A DNA stretch of 62,842 nucleotides, counting the filler, from Choristocarpus tenellus KU-1152 (Eukaryota; Protista; Phaeophyceae), in NCBI GenBank assembly GCA_964200185.2. It is 10 parts of 10 records of this genome, joined end to end, with 100 filler letters (N's around TTAATTAATTAA, not from the genome) between each part and the next. Parts side by side here need not be neighbours in the genome. Positions count along the whole stretch, not along the records: positions 55,019 to 62,842 come from CAXNAD020005533.1; 9 more parts are not named here. One strand, written 5' to 3'. A model generated the notes under the pieces. That model saw only the letters and a program-made list of their open reading frames with translations. It was not told where the DNA came from and searched no databases. This document shows, in pieces, positions 56,876 to 62,842 of this stretch. How positions within the stretch are numbered: the stretch's first letter is position 1; the number at the start of each line of letters is the position of its first letter. The position numbers and the translations under genes were made by a program.

Positions 56876-58570
56876 GCTAGGTCTGAGAGGGAGCAGCATG
56901 AAGCCAGAGAGTTGCTGGTTGCCCAGGAACAGGACACGATGGAGGAGGTGATTGGGGGCGGAGGAGGTGGATTTGCAGGACCAGGGACTGATCTAAAGGG
57001 TCTTCTTCCTGACAGTAAGCAGTGATTTAGATTGAAACAATGCTCCTAGCACAGTGTATTATCGGGTGAATAGTGATGAAGGGCATCCTGTGGCACAAGA
57101 GCATTTTTTTTTATTTTCACATCAACTGAGGGTTAGGGTTGATGTTCAGTTTCTCCTTGCTACTTGCAACGAAAACTTAATATTGAAATTGGTGTACATC
57201 ATATGTGCAGACCTCATTTTTCTGGGTGCAATATGAATAAAGTTTTGTGTAGTTGACATGTTTTGCTTCTAACATACACTCCAGAGGTTTGTATAGACTG
57301 ATGTAAATAAGAACGGTATTGCAAGGATTGTTTGGGATTCCCCTATTTTCAGTACATTCCGGAAAACAGTTAATTTCAAGATTGCCAAGGGTTGACAATT
57401 AATAGTATTTCAATACTCTATGACTGGTTAACTCCAATAAATTACACAGAACACAATGCTGCTCTCTCCAGTACTCCAGGGCAATTTGACCGCCATCCTA
57501 CCCCGCCCTCCACTTTCCCCTCCCAATATTTTGTACCCCTCCAAACTTGATGCCCTCTCTTCATCAATCATTTTTAACATGTGTCCTCTTCCCTCGCTCT
57601 TCTTCCCTCCTACCCCATTGCACTTGGTCAATCCTTGTAATATTAATACTTGTGACGGAAAAGGTGGAAATATGGCCTTGCTTCCTCCAGAGTTGACGGG
57701 TATGGGCCCCATCCCCTTTGAGACATACATTGGATGTGTTGATGATCTGCTCTTCTTTGGTTCAGATGCCCTTGAGAAGGACTCTCTTGCTTCTACCTCT
57801 CATGTGAGTACATTAAACCCATAGACAGAGACAGTCGACTAGAAAATATGTATGAGTTGGAGGGATTGAGTTCGGGGATAGGGATGGTGTAGTGTAGGTC
57901 CAGAGCAATAAACAGGGATTCAACTGAAAGGCACCCATGAGCCCTTGCATCCAAAACAAAAAAAAGTTACATAGGTGCTCAGAGTCCTCTCAAGCTCTGT
58001 AGTAGTAGCAGGATGAACCAATAAATCTGCATTTGTTCGATTCTGCCTCCTATCCCACCTTTTCTTCTCTCTCACTTCTTGATAACCTCCATCACACTTT
58101 CATTTCTTTCAAATTTTGAGCTCAAACTCTTACCTGAGTCTCACCCCCGTGGCACCATTAATCAGCCCATATTGTCGCTCTTTCCTCCTGTCCCACCCCA
58201 TCACACAAACAATTTACCGTATTCCATCGCCTCTGAAAAGGTCAACATATTAGGCAGGGGAAGGGAGGCGATCCTGGCCCCATGGATACTACAGCGTCTA
58301 AAAGTGTCGACTGTACGTTTTGTCAAGGAGGTGGTACCCTCACAAAGAGAAAGGGTCAGGCAAAGAGAGGAAAGAGGAAAGGTGAGAAAACTATTGGGCG
58401 TAATGAGAAAGAGAGCAAACAATAACACTGGGTTGGAGATAATATCATGATTGAGACTTGGACAGATCTCCTGGTTGTATTTTTTTCTGGGTGATGTTTT
58501 TTTTTTCCTCATTTTTTGTTAAGGTTTCAGAAGATAAACAGGCACAAGATTTTGTTGCATCATAACCAAG
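56876..58570 (+). CDS. Exons of an unknown protein, probably the upstream part of the IQ-WW gene
   Basis: Candidate exons 56876-57015, 57690-57803, 58241-(donor uncertain), 58531-58570, with compatible phases and donors GTAAGC/GTGAGT/GTAAGG. Confidence 0.5.
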
Positions 58571-58734
58571 GTAAGGATGGGAGGGTCTGTTGGTGAAATA
58601 CGAGTTCAGAAGATGGAAGATGTATTGAGTGGAAGGACACACGCATTGACCATAGTTAGAACTTCAAATACAAGTACGAGTACACAAGACTCAAGGGACG
58701 ACCAGGCAAAGAGCATGAAGTCTATTGGTGGGAC

Positions 58735-58988
58735 TGTCTCCATTCGTGTGGGAAAGGGATTGCACTCTGGTGCTTTGGTGGAGCCCATGAAATAGCATGA
58801 GGGTGCAAGGATGAATTTTGTAAACTACTGATGAATCCTTACCAAACTGAAGTCTCCTGGTGAAAATGTCTCCATTCATGTGGGTGAGGGGGTTGTGCTC
58901 TGCTGCTTTGGTGGAGCCCATGTTATAGCGTGAGGTGCATACCTTAAGGATATAATTTGTTAAACTACTGATAACTTCATATCAAACT
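58735..58988 (+). repeat. Two ~120-bp diverged tandem copies
   Basis: tgtctccattc.tgtggg...tgctttggtggagcccatg...aaactactgat occurs twice. Confidence 0.85.
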
Positions 58989-60644
58989 ATTACAAACAGA
59001 CCTTCCTGCTGATACAGAGATTTTTGTGTATGTATGTATGAGTTATGTTTGTTTGTTTGCTGTCCGTTCAGAACAAACTTCAAAGAGCATTAGCGAATCA
59101 TCCTGTACTTCAATCACACCGCTCCTTACCTCCCCTTTCTCTTTGCTCCCTTCCCAACTGGCCACTTCTATTTCAAATGACTAGAGGAATGAACAGAAGC
59201 AAGCTGATGTTATCGCATGTGAGAAGGTGAGGTGGTCCCCTTTTCTCCTATAGTAGTCCTCCTGACAGCAGAGATTTGACAGTGGCAAGATTTCATCCAC
59301 CTACAACAACTTCCTTGCCTGTAAAATTGAGACTTATTCTCCCTTCTCACTCACAACCCCAGGGCTGGAGGTCATATATAATGTATTGTACGGTTCAGTA
59401 TTGAGCTATCCTATCAAATATCAGGATCAATTTAGAACCTTTTGAGTATTAAGCATTTTTCGAACCTTCTGCCTGACACCTTATTCCCATGCTTAAAATG
59501 CAGCCAACTCCATTAGGAATCTGTTTCTGTAGAAGATGAAGTAATTTCTTTCCACATAAGCTCGAAATCGCCATCTAGTGCCATTGAAACATGTGTCCTT
59601 GAAAGAAGACAAAGGGACCCCAATACTTATCGACGCACCGCTGAAAGAATAGGATGCCTCATTTCACCTGTTTCTGTTTATGTTAGTGTCAGTTCTGGTG
59701 TCAATGCTAGACCTCGCTTAGGCATAGTAGTGCACAATATTTTTGTCAGTCACTTAATTTGGTATGCTTTCTTATTATAGTAGACACCTACGTTCACAAA
59801 GTATATCAGCTGAGGGGACTCAGTTTGATGGTTGTAAATGAGATCTACATTTTTGGTTTGAAGTTATACCAACAGAGAGATGCACATATTTTGGCCGTTT
59901 TGCATTATTTACCTTTGTAAACCCCCAAGACAAAAATGCCACTCCAGAACGAACGCTGACAAGAAAATTCACCGCAGTTGAGGAGAGGGTTATTTCGTGA
60001 TGTACAATGTTGTTCTTTTCGTCATTTCTGGGGGGTACTTACATGCAATTCATTATACCTCCGGGTTGTTACTACTCTGAGTATTTATGTCTCAGTTCAA
60101 TATTTGTCAAACCTCTCTCCAATCCTTCATCCTCCTTGATAAAGGTACATGTAGTACGACACTTCAAAGGATGAAGCGCCAAGGAAGATGATATCCAAAC
60201 CTCAGGCACTCTACTGTCTTCAGACTCCCCCTTCCTCTTAACTCTGACATCCCCTTCTGCCTTTCACCCTCCATTCTACCTCACATGCACCTCCTGCAAC
60301 TTTAATACCTCTCTGCCCCACTTGTCACTAGGCATGCACAACCAATCATGTTAAGCCCATACCTTCAAAATTGTGCAGATAATGGAGCTCCAAGAAACTT
60401 GATGGGACATTTAGAGAGGGAAAAACAGTAGCGCTGACACCAATGGGTGGCTTCCATATAACATTGAGTCAATAGGATATACATACGCTACAACATTCAG
60501 TATGTAACAAGTCAATACCTCTATCATGTTATGTTCAGTAGTACCATTATAGCATGTACGGAACAAGTACAAAGCGCTAGACCTGAGACAGTAACAGTAC
60601 CAAACCTCACCTAAATTTCTCAATCTTTTTCTTTTTCCTACAAG

Positions 60645-62119
60645 GTGCTTATTACAAACTACGAAGCAGTATGTGTTAGGAGAGATTTGTGTGCATCAAG
60701 GGCACAAGGACTGTTGCGTATGTGGAAAGCAAGGGAACGGGCGCGTTTTCTTGTCTTTGAACAATATGAGAAGAGGTAGGGGACGGTAGGGAAAGAGGTG
60801 AAAGAATGACACCAACGGCGATGAAAGGCTAGGATAAGGCAATCGGCCAGGAGAGTAGTTGCAAGGATTGGGAGGGGAAGGTCCACAAGTACCATTATTT
60901 GGGTGGGGGACGGTCGCAAGTGTGCATCAATGTAAAAGATGAAAATATGTTGAGCAGCCATAGCCATATCAAGATGTTTGGAAGAGAAAGAGGAACAGGA
61001 GAAGAGGTATTGGTATGAGTAGACAGAAGTCATTGAAGAAGTGTTAGGATGGAGGTGGTAGTATTGGGAGAATTCGACATGATTTCTCATGAAGTACCAA
61101 TATATATATATATATTTCAAGAAATAGGGATGAAGGGAAGGAAGAGGACCAGGTGGGTAATCCCGTAGATGCATGGCGCTGCTTTTTCGCATCAAGTGAG
61201 TTTACACTGTCAATATAAACAGGTCTCCTTCTGCCCCCTCTGCAAATAAGAGTGAACCCGTGAATTCTACCACTGTACTTGGTCATGACGACACAGCGCA
61301 CAGCTTGGTGTTGTAATGGACTGTAAATATTGCTTCTCTCTAGTTCTAGTTGTGTACTTGAACTCTGACTGTCGGCCTTTCCAACACACTATTTTCTTGC
61401 CCCTTGCACTTCTTTCCCTTATCATAGACACAGCGTGTACAGCAAATCCTTCTACTACCATAGCAAGAAGACTGGTTTGGATTCATTTACAAAGCCTAAA
61501 GTTCTGCGGCATGAACAGGTGCTGCACTTTACTCAAGGACTCAGGGATACTGGTACAACTTTCTCTATTGTATTCTGCTTTAGTACCTTTAACATTTCCC
61601 CTTCATGTCAGTTTCAGAGTGTCCGTGCTTGCAAGTCTGATCTGTACCACATCGGTCCCTCTGCAGACTGTTTAGTATGGGGTTAGGCAAGAGTCTGCAA
61701 TTGTTAGTGTTAGTGTGGAGGATGAAGGTGTAATACGAATAGCATATTTTCAAGTTGGCGATCTCTTACCAAATTAGAAGAAACAAATCTAAGCATTTGC
61801 AACGCCTACCTGATATGGAAACAAGATATTTTCTTGTTTATGACCACCACGTGAGAAAAGTATGTCAATGTCACAGGATAATCATGAATTCTCCTCAGAA
61901 GAATTTGAGAGATTTTGTTGTTGATTCTTAAGACAGCAAGGGAACGTCTAAGAAAGAGATTTACTGTAGCGCAACATAACTTGTTATTTCCTTTGAATTG
62001 TACTTGAGTAGAATGAGATCCTTCATTCCATATGCAGGACCTTGAAGAGCCACCTGACGAGTGGATAGAGGAGATCAACCACAAAACGGGTGAGAAGATG
62101 TACACCAACCCGGCCACAG
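60645..62119 (+). CDS. IQ-motif + tandem WW-domain protein, partial
   Basis: Exons 60645-60775, 61428-61518, 62038-62119 splice in phase to ASRAQGLLRMWKARERAR (IQ), YEKRHSVYSKSFYYHSKKTGLDSFTKP (degenerate WW) and PDEWIEEINHKTGEKMYTNPATG (WW). Confidence 0.8.
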
Positions 62120-62842
62120 GTGAGTGCTACAGCAGGAAGAAAATAGGAACCCTCACATAAGTATCTGTCAGTGTTTTCAAAGTTTATGTACCTACACATT
62201 GGCAAGAAATAAACCTTAATGCATAGAGTAAAAAATGTATATGCCACTAAATTGTTGGAATTGAGTATAAAAGAATTTCTTCAACGGCTGCGAAGTTGAA
62301 GAAAAGCCAGAGCTCATTGCAATCTCATATACTTCTGAGTGCTTCAATTCCCAGTGTACTTCTGTTTCAAGGATAATATAGACTACCTTTAAATCAGATG
62401 CAAAATATTGATCTGTTTCATATTCAGACTATATTTTCCCAATTATCAATGGCATGGTCAGGATATTTTGAAACTACTCTTCCTCACAATGTCCTCTAAG
62501 GTTTTTCATATATGGAACTCAAACTATTAGAACACACACATGTTGAAAATAAGCAATCAAATCTATAGGACATATATAAAGCGACCCTAAACTAAGATCA
62601 CGTACACAATTTCCTATCCCCAACCCAAAGTATAGTACCACATAATCATACCAGTATGTTATATACTTCAGCACCTTTGAATTTGTCACCACAGCTATTT
62701 ATCTAATGGTAGAAATGTTTACCAAGAAAAAAATAACAATGTAAAGTTGAGTAAAACTAATCATGGCTCAAGGATCAAAGTATCTGAGGGGGGGGGGTCA
62801 TTTGCTTTGGAATTTCTTGGGTGGTTATATTTGTCATGTCCT

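Noticed and set aside
57073-57129. Box C (GTGATGA) and box D (CTGA) suggesting an intronic snoRNA
   Set aside because: There is no terminal stem and no identifiable rRNA guide.
57428-57730. Minus-strand 100-aa ORF
   Set aside because: It is antisense to a plus-strand exon and a pyrimidine-rich intron, and has no domain signal.

Overview
This is eukaryotic, intron-rich genomic DNA, not one continuous locus. Nine identical 100-nt spacers (N44-TTAATTAATTAA-N44, stops in all six frames) join ten short contigs, so adjacency across spacers is meaningless. The short exons, large introns, flagellar gene, cyanobacterial-type organellar ThrRS and abundant TTAGGG suggest a photosynthetic stramenopile, probably a brown alga or close relative (inference). 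I spliced these partial genes by hand, with phase-consistent exons: an acidic-tailed HMG-like C-terminus, CFAP43-like, organellar ThrRS, TM9SF/nonaspanin, UDP-xylose synthase (first intron GC-AG), RNF113A/CWC24, an IPC/sphingomyelin-synthase-family enzyme, a STIM-like EF-EF-SAM-FN3 protein and an IQ-WW-WW protein. There is also a tRNA-Arg(UCG). Introns carry two related MITE families with GRG...CYC ends and 3- or 4-bp TSDs, one copy nested in another, plus decayed retroelement fragments. The most notable observations are the STIM-like EF-SAM protein with an FN3 domain, the mixed-TSD Sola2-like MITE system, and an unusual splicing signature (about 30% AAG acceptors, G-runs after donors, C-runs before acceptors, sense-biased UUAGGG). 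All family assignments come from motif recognition by eye; no searches were run.
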